Shown piece by piece: positions 17,970-27,933 of a DNA stretch of 64,000 nucleotides. The number at the start of each line of letters is the position of its first letter. The stretch's first letter is position 1. Source of the stretch: a bacterium (GTDB lineage: Bacteria; Patescibacteriota; 4484-211; GCA-002791395); the NCBI GenBank assembly GCA_027002475.1, contig JALWZS010000030.1, forward strand, positions 54,827-118,826, given 5' to 3'. The notes under the pieces were generated by a model. It was not told the origin of the DNA. It was given only the letters and a program-made list of their open reading frames with translations, and searched no databases. A program made the translations under genes and the position numbers.

Positions 17970-19415
17970 CTCTGAGATTGTGTTAGTTTGCAGCTCTTTA
18001 GATTTTGGAATAATCCTTTCACGAGCAATCTTTTCTACAGAAAACCCGGCTAGCTGCAAAAGCATAGACAGCTCATCGGCGTTAGGGTAGTAGCGCAGTG
18101 CACCAAAACCATCATCATCTTCTTTGTATAATTGGTTGCCATGATGTTGAGCTTTTGCCCTAAAAAAGCCTGGCGGATTACTAGGGTGTTTGTAGTAATA
18201 CTCAGCTAACATACTTGCATACGGTTCATCTTTTGGGTTCGGGACTTCAATATATAGCACACCGCCCTTAGGTAGTGTGTTATATAAATGATTTAGGGTC
18301 CGCAGCATTTGGTCTGGCCCTCCAATAAAGTTAAGTGTATTCCATGCGAGAATTATCATTTCAGGTTGATTCGCCATAGCGTGTAGAGAGCGTTTATCAA
18401 GTTCTTGAATACCCATTTCAATCGGATGAAAACGGGTTAAAGCCTGCTCTACCTCATTTGATTGCAATAATTGCTCTGTATCAATCTCTAGCTCGGGGGC
18501 TACTCTTAGGAATTCATCTACAAGAGAATCGTCTGGAATGGCTCTTTTGGTTAATGCGGTAGTTGCCTCTTGCAACCGCTTCACTGCTGAGTCTAACCTA
18601 GTAGTAGCTGCATCGATGCCAATGACATTAAATCCAAGCAAAACGAGAGGTATCGCTATTCTCCCTTCACCAACTCCAGCCTCAAGAATATACCTTGGAA
18701 GATGCCCTGTCTTTTCATTAAACATGCGTATCCCTTCTAACACGTAAGTTAGTGACAACCTTAAGTCAGCGGATATCCGTTCAAGACTCCTTAGATTTAC
18801 ATGTTCTTGCCTGCGTTTTAATTGTTCGACCAATTCTTCGGTTTGAGCTGGAAAACGTGAGCGATTAAACGCGGCATCTTTAGCGGCTAGAAGATGAGGT
18901 TGAATATTGTCTTGTGAAGTTATTACACTATCAATCCCACCAATACTTCGAAGTTTTGCGGCAAGTTCATCATCTGTTGTTCGGACAATGAAGTAAGGGA
19001 TTTGCTTTGCTGTAACATTGTCTATGGCTTTTTGCACTTCATCTATGGAGTGCCCTTGTTGAATAAGATCATTTTCTATGGTGGCTTTGTCGTTGCCATC
19101 TGTTGCGGCTACTGCAAGGGCTGATTTCACTCGCAGTATACCTGTCAGATGAGGAAAATCTTCTTCGGATTCAACGTCTACTATTACTATATGAGTTATT
19201 TGTTCTTCTGCTAGTCTAGATATCAATTGTTGCGGAATCTCACTAACTGTAAGAATATCAACATCAGCTACCAAGTCATGTGCAGTTTCTGTAAGTGTGG
19301 GATCGGTTGCAAGAATATTGACAGGGAAGTTGCGTAAGGTCTCAGTAAATGTGGGTAATTTTTCGCGGTGTTCTTTGCCTATCAAACGCCTATGGCTAGT
19401 GCTGGCCTTTGTCAT
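17943..19415 (-). CDS. Class I SAM methyltransferase with uncharacterised N-terminal domain (paralogue B)
   Basis: ILEAGVGEGRIAIPL...VIGID; shares WN..NF.G.P, E.P.P...PY and RY(F/Y)P with paralogue A. Confidence 0.7.
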   Translation of the reverse strand: MTKASTSHRRLIGKEHREKLPTFTETLRNFPVNILATDPTLTETAHDLVADVDILTVSEIPQQLISRLAEEQITHIVIVDVESEEDFPHLTGILRVKSALAVAATDGNDKATIENDLIQQGHSIDEVQKAIDNVTAKQIPYFIVRTTDDELAAKLRSIGGIDSVITSQDNIQPHLLAAKDAAFNRSRFPAQTEELVEQLKRRQEHVNLRSLERISADLRLSLTYVLEGIRMFNEKTGHLPRYILEAGVGEGRIAIPLVLLGFNVIGIDAATTRLDSAVKRLQEATTALTKRAIPDDSLVDEFLRVAPELEIDTEQLLQSNEVEQALTRFHPIEMGIQELDKRSLHAMANQPEMIILAWNTLNFIGGPDQMLRTLNHLYNTLPKGGVLYIEVPNPKDEPYASMLAEYYYKHPSNPPGFFRAKAQHHGNQLYKEDDDGFGALRYYPNADELSMLLQLAGFSVEKIARERIIPKSKELQTNTISELFIIATRQ

Positions 19416-19452
19416 GTATCATTATCCTAGCACATCTGGGCGAATAAGGGGG

Positions 19453-21183
19453 TTATTTAATCAACCCTTCGGTTTGGAGTTTCCAGAGTTTTTGATAGTG
19501 GCTACTGTTTTTAACCAATTCTTGATGGGTTCCTTCTTCAACGATTTTACCTCTATCTAACACAATAATTCTATCTGCACGCTGAATCGTTGAAAGCCTA
19601 TGTGCAATTATGATTGTTGTCTTACCCTTTCTTACTTTCCAGAATGCATCCTGAATTAACTTTTCAGACTCAGAATCTAAGTTGCTCGTCGCTTCGTCGA
19701 AAATGATTATATTTGGTTGACTTAAAATCATTCGTGCAATTGCTAATCTTTGACGTTGTCCTCCAGAAAGCTTAATGCCTCGCTCTCCAACCATTGTGTT
19801 ATATCCATCGGGAAGCGACTCAATGAATTTGTCGAGATGCGCCATTTTAGCAGCCGCCTTAATCATCTGCTTTGTAGGACGGTTTAGACCATACCCGATG
19901 TTATATGCAATCGTGTTGTTAAATAGTATTGGCTCTTGTGGAACGACACCCATAAAATGCCGTAAGTATTGTTTTTTCATTTCGCGTATATCAATTCCAT
20001 CAAGACTAATTATTCCTTCCTGTGGGTCATAAAATCTAAGAAGCAATTTCGTGATAGTGGTTTTCCCGGATCCTGAGCGACCTACAAGGGCGACTGCCTC
20101 ACCTGGTTTTATATCAAGATTAATATTGCGTAGCGCTTTGTTCTCGTTATCGTTATAGCTAAAAGACACGTTTTTAAACTCAATCTCACCGCGTATGTTT
20201 TTAATCCTTTTTGGTTTAACTGGATCTGGGACTTTGGTTTCCTCGTCGAGAAGAGCAAAGAACTTTTTTATATCTGCATAGTTTTTGGCAATGTTTCTTA
20301 ATCTGTAAAAGAGCCTGCGAACTTGACCAAAGAACCTATTTAAAAATACAAGAATTAACGCGAACTGCCCGGTGCTAATCGTACCGTGTTTAAGGTCTGA
20401 TATAAGAAGTACCATAATAACAGCATATCCCGTAAAGTTTAATGCAGTATTAATTAGGTCAACAAATCTAAAAGAGTACGAAAAGCTCCATATTTTTCTA
20501 TACCAATCCTTAAATGTGTTTGTGAGATTTCGTAGTTCACTGTCTTCTTGGGCGAATAATTTGACGGTATCGTAATTAAGCCAATTCTCGGTGATGATGC
20601 CAGAGACTTTATCGTCCGCATTAACAAAATCTACTCGTCTTGAAATGTTTAGAGGAATCAAGAAACGCATTGCGATAAGGTTGATGACAAGTAGGATGAG
20701 TGTAACAAGCGTGTATTTAGGATTAACCATCCAATATGAAACTAGTAGGATGCCAAATAGTATTATTAAACGATAAATTTCTTGTAAGACTTCAGTGATG
20801 GAAAAAAATGCTCCAGAGCCACGCTTAAAAGCGCTAATTAAAGCCCCAGTGTTTTTCTCTGTGTGGAATGCGAAATCAAGATCTTGTACATGCTTAAATA
20901 TCTTTAGAGTTACATCTCTGGAGCTTCGAATAATAAATTTATCATGAGCGAGCCATATAAGAACGTCTAAGATGTTATCCATAAAGATGATGAAAAGGAA
21001 GGCTATCGTTAGGGGGATTAAGTTTGAGAATTTTCCGGCATTGATGTTATCAATGTAAAATTGGAAAAAGTAAGGGTAAAGACTTGTTGTTATCGCAATA
21101 AGTGTTACCAAAAAGAAGGTTAGAAACACCCAGAATTTATACTTCATATGGAAAGAGAAGAGTTGTTTTAGGGTTTGTAGCAT
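19453..21183 (-). CDS. ABC exporter, fused permease/ATPase (MsbA/Atm1-like)
   Basis: TM domain plus GRSGSGKT, LSGGQRQR, DEATS. Confidence 0.92.
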   Translation of the reverse strand: MLQTLKQLFSFHMKYKFWVFLTFFLVTLIAITTSLYPYFFQFYIDNINAGKFSNLIPLTIAFLFIIFMDNILDVLIWLAHDKFIIRSSRDVTLKIFKHVQDLDFAFHTEKNTGALISAFKRGSGAFFSITEVLQEIYRLIILFGILLVSYWMVNPKYTLVTLILLVINLIAMRFLIPLNISRRVDFVNADDKVSGIITENWLNYDTVKLFAQEDSELRNLTNTFKDWYRKIWSFSYSFRFVDLINTALNFTGYAVIMVLLISDLKHGTISTGQFALILVFLNRFFGQVRRLFYRLRNIAKNYADIKKFFALLDEETKVPDPVKPKRIKNIRGEIEFKNVSFSYNDNENKALRNINLDIKPGEAVALVGRSGSGKTTITKLLLRFYDPQEGIISLDGIDIREMKKQYLRHFMGVVPQEPILFNNTIAYNIGYGLNRPTKQMIKAAAKMAHLDKFIESLPDGYNTMVGERGIKLSGGQRQRLAIARMILSQPNIIIFDEATSNLDSESEKLIQDAFWKVRKGKTTIIIAHRLSTIQRADRIIVLDRGKIVEEGTHQELVKNSSHYQKLWKLQTEGLIK

Positions 21184-21281
21184 AGATTTCACATAATACA
21201 TGGGTTTTTGTTCGCTGTAAAGCGTTATTCGTCTACTCTCAAAACATGGTGTAAAATCTTTGTTAGAATACACTAACTTGT

Positions 21282-21358
21282 GGGCCCATAGCTCAGTTGG
21301 CTAGAGCGCCACGCTGGCAGCGTGGAGGTCAGGGGTTCAAATCCCCTTGGGTCCACCA
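21282..21358 (+). tRNA. tRNA-Ala(GGC)
   Basis: Cloverleaf, anticodon arm CCACG-CTGGCAG-CGTGG, G3-U70 pair, encoded CCA. Confidence 0.97.
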
Positions 21359-21547
21359 TTACTTAGTGGAGCCGAACTGTTTCGGCAGGTACAGGGTATC
21401 GTTAGCTATTGGCAGGTTTTTGTGTTTAAGAGCTTGGTTTTTAAGTCCGCAGGATGGTTTTAATTCTTTGTGTTTTGGTTAAATATGCCGCTGTCTCTTG
21501 TTGTGGTGCGTTGTAGCTTTAGGTAGTGTATGTAAGTATCTCTGGCG

Positions 21548-22348
21548 TTAGCCAATAATTTTGTATTCTTCTCCTATGGAGTTGACCCAGTCTCTATAAA
21601 GCCGTTCGAGTTTGGTTGTTGTTTCCCTAGGTGATAGTGTTTTGTATTCATTTATACCCATTGCCTCAGAGAAATACACTTTGATTGTTGGGAAAAACCT
21701 TCTAACTCCAGGAATTAACCGCCAAATATCTTTTGGACCAGTACCTGATATAAAGGAAAATACGATATTTATATCTTGATTTGGAGTGGTTTGGTTTATC
21801 ACGTGTCCAACGCCCGGGTACCAGTGACCATCTTTGCTGTGTCTATCTGGGAAAATAATAACAAGAGCCCCCTTGGAAAGTCGTTTAGCAGCCAAGGCGA
21901 TGCTCTGCCGGTTTTTTGTTCGACTAACATCTTCGGTTTCCGTTTCCATCGTATTTAATTTATCGAGCTTTCTTCGAAGCCATGTACTTCGATAGCCGTT
22001 ACTTTTTTTGTGAGAGACGTATACTGGAATGAAATTAGATTTCGCAGAAGGCACTAGGTTTAATAGGTTCACATTGGCAATTAATTGAATGTCTTTGCGG
22101 TTTGGCAGGGAGGCTATGAGAGTTAGTACCTCTATCTCAAATGGGTGATTTGCCACAATTAGAGTAGGGGCTTTTTCTAAAACAGCTCTTGTTTTCTCGT
22201 TAGGAATAATGGTGTTGATTTTTGTGCCTGTTTTAGCGGCAAGATCTTTTAATGCGGCAGGCCAACTATGTTTATTAGCATACTCCTCGAGTTCTAAAAT
22301 CCTTTTACGTAATTCTGGAATTTTATGTATAGGGCTTTTCCTTTGCAT
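21548..22348 (-). CDS. PlsC-like acyltransferase
   Basis: IVANHPFEIE (NHxxxxD/E), IIFP motif; start uncertain. Confidence 0.65.
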   Translation of the reverse strand: MQRKSPIHKIPELRKRILELEEYANKHSWPAALKDLAAKTGTKINTIIPNEKTRAVLEKAPTLIVANHPFEIEVLTLIASLPNRKDIQLIANVNLLNLVPSAKSNFIPVYVSHKKSNGYRSTWLRRKLDKLNTMETETEDVSRTKNRQSIALAAKRLSKGALVIIFPDRHSKDGHWYPGVGHVINQTTPNQDINIVFSFISGTGPKDIWRLIPGVRRFFPTIKVYFSEAMGINEYKTLSPRETTTKLERLYRDWVNSIGEEYKIIG

Positions 22349-22432
22349 GTTTCTACCAGAGTACTTTATCAAAAAATTAATAAAGTACACAATCTTCTTG
22401 TAACGTAGCCATTTAGCTAGTACAATTCGTTC

Positions 22433-25252
22433 ATGGAGACGAGGAAATATTCTCATCGAGAGATTGAGGCTAAGTGGTGGCAGAAGTGGCGAGACGAAAA
22501 GGTATATGAGGTCGATGTTCAAAATGCTAAAAAGCCTTTTTACAACCTTTGGATGTTTCCATATCCCTCTGGAGCGAGAATGCATGTAGGGCATGCTTAC
22601 GGCTCGACCGGTTCAGATGTATTTGGACGCTATAAGAGAATGCATGGATACGATGTTTTACAACCAATGGGGTTTGATGCCTTTGGTATTCACGGTGAAA
22701 ATTACGCAATCAAAGTTGGCGAGCATCCTTGGAAGCTAATGGAGGATTTATGTAACAGGTTTCGTGATGAGCAATTTTTGCGCATTGGTCATGGATACGA
22801 TTGGAGCAAAGAAGTACGTACTTACTGGCCGCAGTATTACAAGTGGACTCAGTGGATATTTTTGCAATTGTTTAAACATGGTTTAGCTGAAAAGAAAACA
22901 GCAAGAGTTAATTGGTGTCCAAGTTGTAAAACAGTTTTGGCAGATGAACAAGTGATTGGTGGGGCGTGTGAGCGTTGTCATACCGAGGTGGAGAAAAAAG
23001 AGTTGGAACAGTGGTTCTTTAAAATCACAAAGTTTGCACAAAAGTTATTAGACGATTTGGATGATATGGATTGGAGTCCACACATAAAAGAGCTTCAAAG
23101 GAATTGGATAGGACGTAGCGAGGGAGCTGAAATATCTTTTAAGGTTGCGGGATCTGATCATACAATTACAGTCTTTACCACTCGTCCTGATACTTTGCCA
23201 GGTGCCACTTTCCTTGTTCTAGCGCCTGAGTATAAGGGGCTAAGTGATTTAGTGGCGGAAAATAAGCGCGAAGAAATTGATGCGTATGTTAAGACTGCCA
23301 CAGCCAAAAGTACAATAGAACGGTCTGAAGCAAAAGAAAAAACGGGTGTATTTACAGGGAGTTATGCTATAAATCCAGTTACAAACGAAAAGATGCCTAT
23401 TTGGATTGCTGATTACGTTTTGTCTGACTATGGTACTGGAGCAATTATGGCGGTTCCTGCTCACGATGAAAGAGATTTTGAGTTTGCCGTGAAACATGGA
23501 TTGCCAATTCGTGAAGTTGTAAAGGAGGACGATTCATATGTTGGGTTTGTGTTGTCTGAATGGAGTAAAGATTTTGGTGCATTTGTTAATCGTCTTAAGG
23601 ATTTAAACGTTAACTTCCTTGAATTAGATGAGGATACTGCTGTTTTCTCTTTTGATAAATCGATTCTTAAAAAGATCGTTGACATTGCTAAGGACTATGT
23701 TGCCAAAGGTTCATGGCATGACTTTGTAGGCAGTGATTTAACTGTAGTATTTGAGGATGGTGAGGTCTATCATGTTCCTAAATATGAGGAGAACCCAAAG
23801 GTTTGGGCGCGAATGTGTACGCTTAATCCAGACCTTAAAGCTTCGTTTGGCGGCATTTGGGATATGTTGCTAGCATCTAAGTATCAAAACTATGGTAAGG
23901 TGTGTTTTACTGGAGATGGAATCAGTGTCAACTCAGAGTTACTAGATGGGCTTTCTACTGCTGATGCTAAAGGCAAGGTTATCGATTGGCTTGAGCAAAA
24001 AGGCTTAGGTAAAAAAAGCATTACCCTTAAATTAAGGGACTGGCTGATTTCAAGGCAGCGCTACTGGAGTGCGCCTATTCCAGTCGTATATTGTGATAAA
24101 TGTGGAGTAGTACCGGTTAATGAAGAAGACTTGCCGGTAAAGCTACCTTACGTAGAGGACTGGAAGCCAAAAGGTGATGGAAAGGGACCGTTAGCAAATA
24201 TTCCAGAATTTGTTAATACAACGTGTCCAAAGTGTGGTGGTCCAGCACAGCGAGAGACTGACACGTTAGATAATTTCTTAGATAGTGCATGGTATTTCTT
24301 TAGATATCCATTTGTTAAGCGCAATGATGTGCCTTTTGCAGGTCCAGGAGTTAATGATGCAGATAACGCTAAGCCAGACTCTAATGCGTTTAAGAGGTGG
24401 CTCCCAGTTGATTTATACCTTGGTGGTGCAGAACACGCAGTCTTGCACCTAATGTACACCAGATTTATAACAATGGCGTTTAAAGAGATGGGATTCATTG
24501 ATTTTGATGAACCATTCAAGAAGTTTTTTGCCCACGGAATGATAATTAAAGACGGTAAAAAGATGAGCAAGAGTCTTGGAAATATCATTAATCCTGATGA
24601 GTACATTGATATGGTTGGTGCAGATGTGCTTAGGACGTATCTTATGTTCTTGGGACCTTTGGCTCAAGGCGGCGACTTTAGTGACAGTGGTATGAGTGGA
24701 ATTGTTCGGTTTAAAAATAAGATAATTGATCTTGTACGAAAATCGCAGGAGGTAAAAGAAAGTGATAAAAACTTGGAGTCAAAGCTACATAAAACTATTA
24801 AAAAAGTAAATGATTCGATTGAATCTTTTAAATACAACACTGCAATAAGTGCGTTAATGGAGCTTTCTAATGAATGGGCAAAAGGTCAATTATCAAAAAC
24901 CGATGCCGAAAAAGCCCTAAAGCTGCTTGCTCCGTTTATGCCTTTTATCACAGAAGAATTGTGGCAAGAGTTTTACGCTGATAAAAACTCAGAGACGTTT
25001 GTCACTATACATAAGCAACCTTGGCCGGAGTATGATGAGTCTAAGGTGATTGAAGAGGCAATTAAACTACCTGTACAAATCAACGGTAAATTAAGGGCAA
25101 CAATCATTATTGATCCTGAGGTTGTGGGAGATGAGGACAAGATTATTAAGTTGGCTAAGGATAACGAGGTAGTTTCTCGTTTTTTGGCGGATAAGGAGAT
25201 AATTAAGACTATTTATGTGAGTGGACGTATCTTAAACTTTGTTGTAAGCTAA
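22433..25252 (+). CDS. leuS: Leucine--tRNA ligase with internal insertion
   Basis: MFPYPSG..HVGH, TTRPDT, GTGAIMAVPAHDERD, KMSKS. Confidence 0.97.
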   Translation: METRKYSHREIEAKWWQKWRDEKVYEVDVQNAKKPFYNLWMFPYPSGARMHVGHAYGSTGSDVFGRYKRMHGYDVLQPMGFDAFGIHGENYAIKVGEHPWKLMEDLCNRFRDEQFLRIGHGYDWSKEVRTYWPQYYKWTQWIFLQLFKHGLAEKKTARVNWCPSCKTVLADEQVIGGACERCHTEVEKKELEQWFFKITKFAQKLLDDLDDMDWSPHIKELQRNWIGRSEGAEISFKVAGSDHTITVFTTRPDTLPGATFLVLAPEYKGLSDLVAENKREEIDAYVKTATAKSTIERSEAKEKTGVFTGSYAINPVTNEKMPIWIADYVLSDYGTGAIMAVPAHDERDFEFAVKHGLPIREVVKEDDSYVGFVLSEWSKDFGAFVNRLKDLNVNFLELDEDTAVFSFDKSILKKIVDIAKDYVAKGSWHDFVGSDLTVVFEDGEVYHVPKYEENPKVWARMCTLNPDLKASFGGIWDMLLASKYQNYGKVCFTGDGISVNSELLDGLSTADAKGKVIDWLEQKGLGKKSITLKLRDWLISRQRYWSAPIPVVYCDKCGVVPVNEEDLPVKLPYVEDWKPKGDGKGPLANIPEFVNTTCPKCGGPAQRETDTLDNFLDSAWYFFRYPFVKRNDVPFAGPGVNDADNAKPDSNAFKRWLPVDLYLGGAEHAVLHLMYTRFITMAFKEMGFIDFDEPFKKFFAHGMIIKDGKKMSKSLGNIINPDEYIDMVGADVLRTYLMFLGPLAQGGDFSDSGMSGIVRFKNKIIDLVRKSQEVKESDKNLESKLHKTIKKVNDSIESFKYNTAISALMELSNEWAKGQLSKTDAEKALKLLAPFMPFITEELWQEFYADKNSETFVTIHKQPWPEYDESKVIEEAIKLPVQINGKLRATIIIDPEVVGDEDKIIKLAKDNEVVSRFLADKEIIKTIYVSGRILNFVVS

Positions 25253-25285
25253 GTAGTAGATTTCAGGTTGTACGCATTACTACCG

Positions 25286-25921
25286 ATGAAAACTCAGACA
25301 GATAACAAAGAAAACTATTTAGATAAAGGTTTATCCCTTTTTGTTCGCAAGTACAGGTACGAGTTAATTGCTAGCTTTAGTTTGGTTGCTTTAATTCTTG
25401 GTATTACTGTGGGGGCAATTTTTTTCAAACAAGCGCAATCAAAAGTTGTTCTTAAAACAACTAGTGAAAGCGCCCAATCTTTAAATAAAGAGCGTGTGGT
25501 TTACGTAGACATTGCTGGTGCGGTCAAGTCTCCTGGACTATACAGTTTTACCTCAAGTAATGCACGGATAAAATATGCTATAGAAAGGGCTGGTGGATTA
25601 ACCAAATCGGCTGATCTTACGTGGATTAACAGATATATAAATATGGCCGAACTTCTGGTTGATGGGCAAAAGCTTTATATTCCAAGCGTTGGCGATAAGC
25701 AAGAGACCGGTAATGCGGGCAGTAAGAGTACCGAGGGGGCAAAGATAAACATCAATCACGCAACGAAGGCACAATTAAAAAGCCTTCCCGGCATTGGAGA
25801 TGTTTACGCGCAGAGGATTATCGACAATCGACCGTATCAAAAGCCAAGTGATCTACTAAAGGTATCTGGTATTGGCTCAAAGACCTATTCTAAAATAAAG
25901 GACTTAATCGAAGCGCCATGA
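25286..25921 (+). CDS. comEA: Competence DNA-binding protein ComEA
   Basis: TM anchor, VDIAGAV..PG SLBB domain, ININ.A...LPGIG HhH. Confidence 0.9.
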   Translation: MKTQTDNKENYLDKGLSLFVRKYRYELIASFSLVALILGITVGAIFFKQAQSKVVLKTTSESAQSLNKERVVYVDIAGAVKSPGLYSFTSSNARIKYAIERAGGLTKSADLTWINRYINMAELLVDGQKLYIPSVGDKQETGNAGSKSTEGAKININHATKAQLKSLPGIGDVYAQRIIDNRPYQKPSDLLKVSGIGSKTYSKIKDLIEAP

Positions 25922-27051
25922 CGGCTAAATGGGGCATCGCTGGCACTGCTAGGGTTGGGTTGATAGTACTGCTATTTTTTATTATAGGTGTGGCGCGTAG
26001 TTATGTGAACACCTTTTTTACTGCGTTACCGGAACCGGTGACTACCACGAAAGTGCTTGTTGGGTATGTTAAGGAAGTTAAGGTTGCAGGTGGAAAACAG
26101 TTCCTTACGTTGACTTCTTTGCATGCAAGGTACAATGATGTGAACTTAATTACGTCAAGTTATCCCAGATATAAATTGGGACAAGTACTTGAGGTTAGGG
26201 GAGATTTCAACGGTAAAAGGTTTGTTTTTCCGGATATACGTGTAGGGTGCGCTAAAAAGGTGCCATTAAACGTGTGGATACTGAGGGTGCGCCAAAGCAT
26301 TATCGATAAGGCCGCCCATGTGCTACCCCAACCGTATTTAGGCATTGTAATGGGGGTAGTCTTTGGGATAAAAGATGCTTTACTAGAATCTACGAACGAT
26401 TTGTTTAGAGATGCTGGTATTATTCACATGCTGGTAGCGTCGGGGTATAACATTAGTGTTTTGATTGCGTTTGTGTCTTCAGCTACCTCCTTTTTGACGA
26501 GGCGACTTAGAATGCTCGTTATCTTAGCATTTGTTTTCTTTTACGCAGCGTTAAGCGGGTTTGAGCCGCCAATAATTAGGGCTAGCATAATGGGTGGCGC
26601 AACTCTTTTGGCGATGTCTGTAGGACGCCAAAAACTCTCATTTATATGGTTGATATATAGTGCTATCTTAATGCTATTGGTATCTCCCACAATACTTTCT
26701 TCGGTGTCTTTTCAACTTTCTTTTGCGGCAACGCTGGCTATTATTTTATTTAATACCCGTTTGGAAAAGCTGCTAGTGCTAATACCATCTGTTATTCGAA
26801 CAGATCTTGCGACTACAATTTCGGCTCAACTTCTAACTACCCCGATAATCTGGTGGTATTTCGGCAGGATACAACCGCTTTCTATATTAATAAATTCGCT
26901 GGTCTTGTGGTCTGTTCCCATAGTTATGCTATTTGGGGCTTTATGTGTAGGCATATCGTATGTATACATGCCGATTGCCAAACTGTTTGCACTTGTAGCG
27001 GTAATGCTGATTGATTATGTACTTGCCATTGCTAGGGGACTATCTTTTTAA
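25918..27051 (+). CDS. comEC: ComEC/Rec2 competence channel domain
   Basis: GIIH..VASGYN, RA..M, SFQLSF. Confidence 0.88.
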   Translation: MTAKWGIAGTARVGLIVLLFFIIGVARSYVNTFFTALPEPVTTTKVLVGYVKEVKVAGGKQFLTLTSLHARYNDVNLITSSYPRYKLGQVLEVRGDFNGKRFVFPDIRVGCAKKVPLNVWILRVRQSIIDKAAHVLPQPYLGIVMGVVFGIKDALLESTNDLFRDAGIIHMLVASGYNISVLIAFVSSATSFLTRRLRMLVILAFVFFYAALSGFEPPIIRASIMGGATLLAMSVGRQKLSFIWLIYSAILMLLVSPTILSSVSFQLSFAATLAIILFNTRLEKLLVLIPSVIRTDLATTISAQLLTTPIIWWYFGRIQPLSILINSLVLWSVPIVMLFGALCVGISYVYMPIAKLFALVAVMLIDYVLAIARGLSF

Positions 27052-27910
27052 AAGAAAAAAGATACAAAGGATTGCTTTACTGGGTGTATTATTTGCCGCG
27101 TCATTTCTAGCATGGTTGCTGTACCGAACGGTGCGGTTTAATAACTCTATAACTTTTCTTAATGTTGGTGAAGGAGATTCTATTTTGCTAGTTACACAAA
27201 ACGGTAAATCGGTGTTGGTTGACGGGGGGCCTAGTGAAGAGGTTTTGGCTGGGTTAGGGCAGGTTTTACCTCCATTATCTAATAATATCGATGTGGTAAT
27301 CGCGACGCATTTGCATGCAGATCATATCACTGGTTTGCTTTCGGTTTTGCTTCGCTACCGTGTGGGTTTGCTGTTACTACCCGCACGGCAATATGATTCT
27401 CCGGTAGCTCAAGGCTTAACTGCTTTGGCAAATAAACGCAATATAGCAACACGTTTTATTCATAGGGGAGATTCGATTAAGGTCGATGACGTAAATATCT
27501 TAACTGTATGGCCTGATATGACCCGCGATTTGTCTGAAAACATCAACGCCTCGGCGCTAATGTTTTTGGTGCAGTCTGGCGTGTTTAGGGCGCTACTTAC
27601 AAGTGACGTGGAGCTTGGCTGTAATACGGCTACCGTGCTTAAAGAGTACGTTAAAGAAATTGGAGAAGTAGATGTGTTAAAAGTTCCACACCAAGGAAGT
27701 GCTAGTTCTTTATGCGAGGATGCTCTTATGGACTTATCGCCTACAATTGCGGTAATTCCAGTTGGCAAAAATAGCTATGGGCACCCTGCTCCTAATACGC
27801 TGGAGTTGCTAGAGGCGCTTGGTGTGTATATAGTTAGAACAGATTTAGATGGCAACACGACTATTTGGTGGAAGCTTGGTAGTCGTGATTGGACTATGTC
27901 ACACTGGTAA
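27011..27910 (+). CDS. ComEC-associated metallo-beta-lactamase-fold nuclease (stand-alone)
   Basis: NVGEGD, THLHADHITG, LKVPHQGS, NSYGHP, RTD..G. Confidence 0.88.
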   Translation: MIMYLPLLGDYLFKRKKIQRIALLGVLFAASFLAWLLYRTVRFNNSITFLNVGEGDSILLVTQNGKSVLVDGGPSEEVLAGLGQVLPPLSNNIDVVIATHLHADHITGLLSVLLRYRVGLLLLPARQYDSPVAQGLTALANKRNIATRFIHRGDSIKVDDVNILTVWPDMTRDLSENINASALMFLVQSGVFRALLTSDVELGCNTATVLKEYVKEIGEVDVLKVPHQGSASSLCEDALMDLSPTIAVIPVGKNSYGHPAPNTLELLEALGVYIVRTDLDGNTTIWWKLGSRDWTMSHW

Positions 27911-27933
27911 CACAATGTATCATAATATTACAT

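Noticed and set aside
21297-21482. 61-aa ORF MARAPRWQRGG
   Set aside because: Shadow ORF of tRNA-Ala
22349-22594. N-terminal extension of the acyltransferase ORF
   Set aside because: Overlaps the leuS start on the opposite strand
25918-27910. comEC frameshift pseudogene
   Set aside because: Both parts have intact motifs and the MBL ORF has its own N-terminal TM; split comEC is a known arrangement
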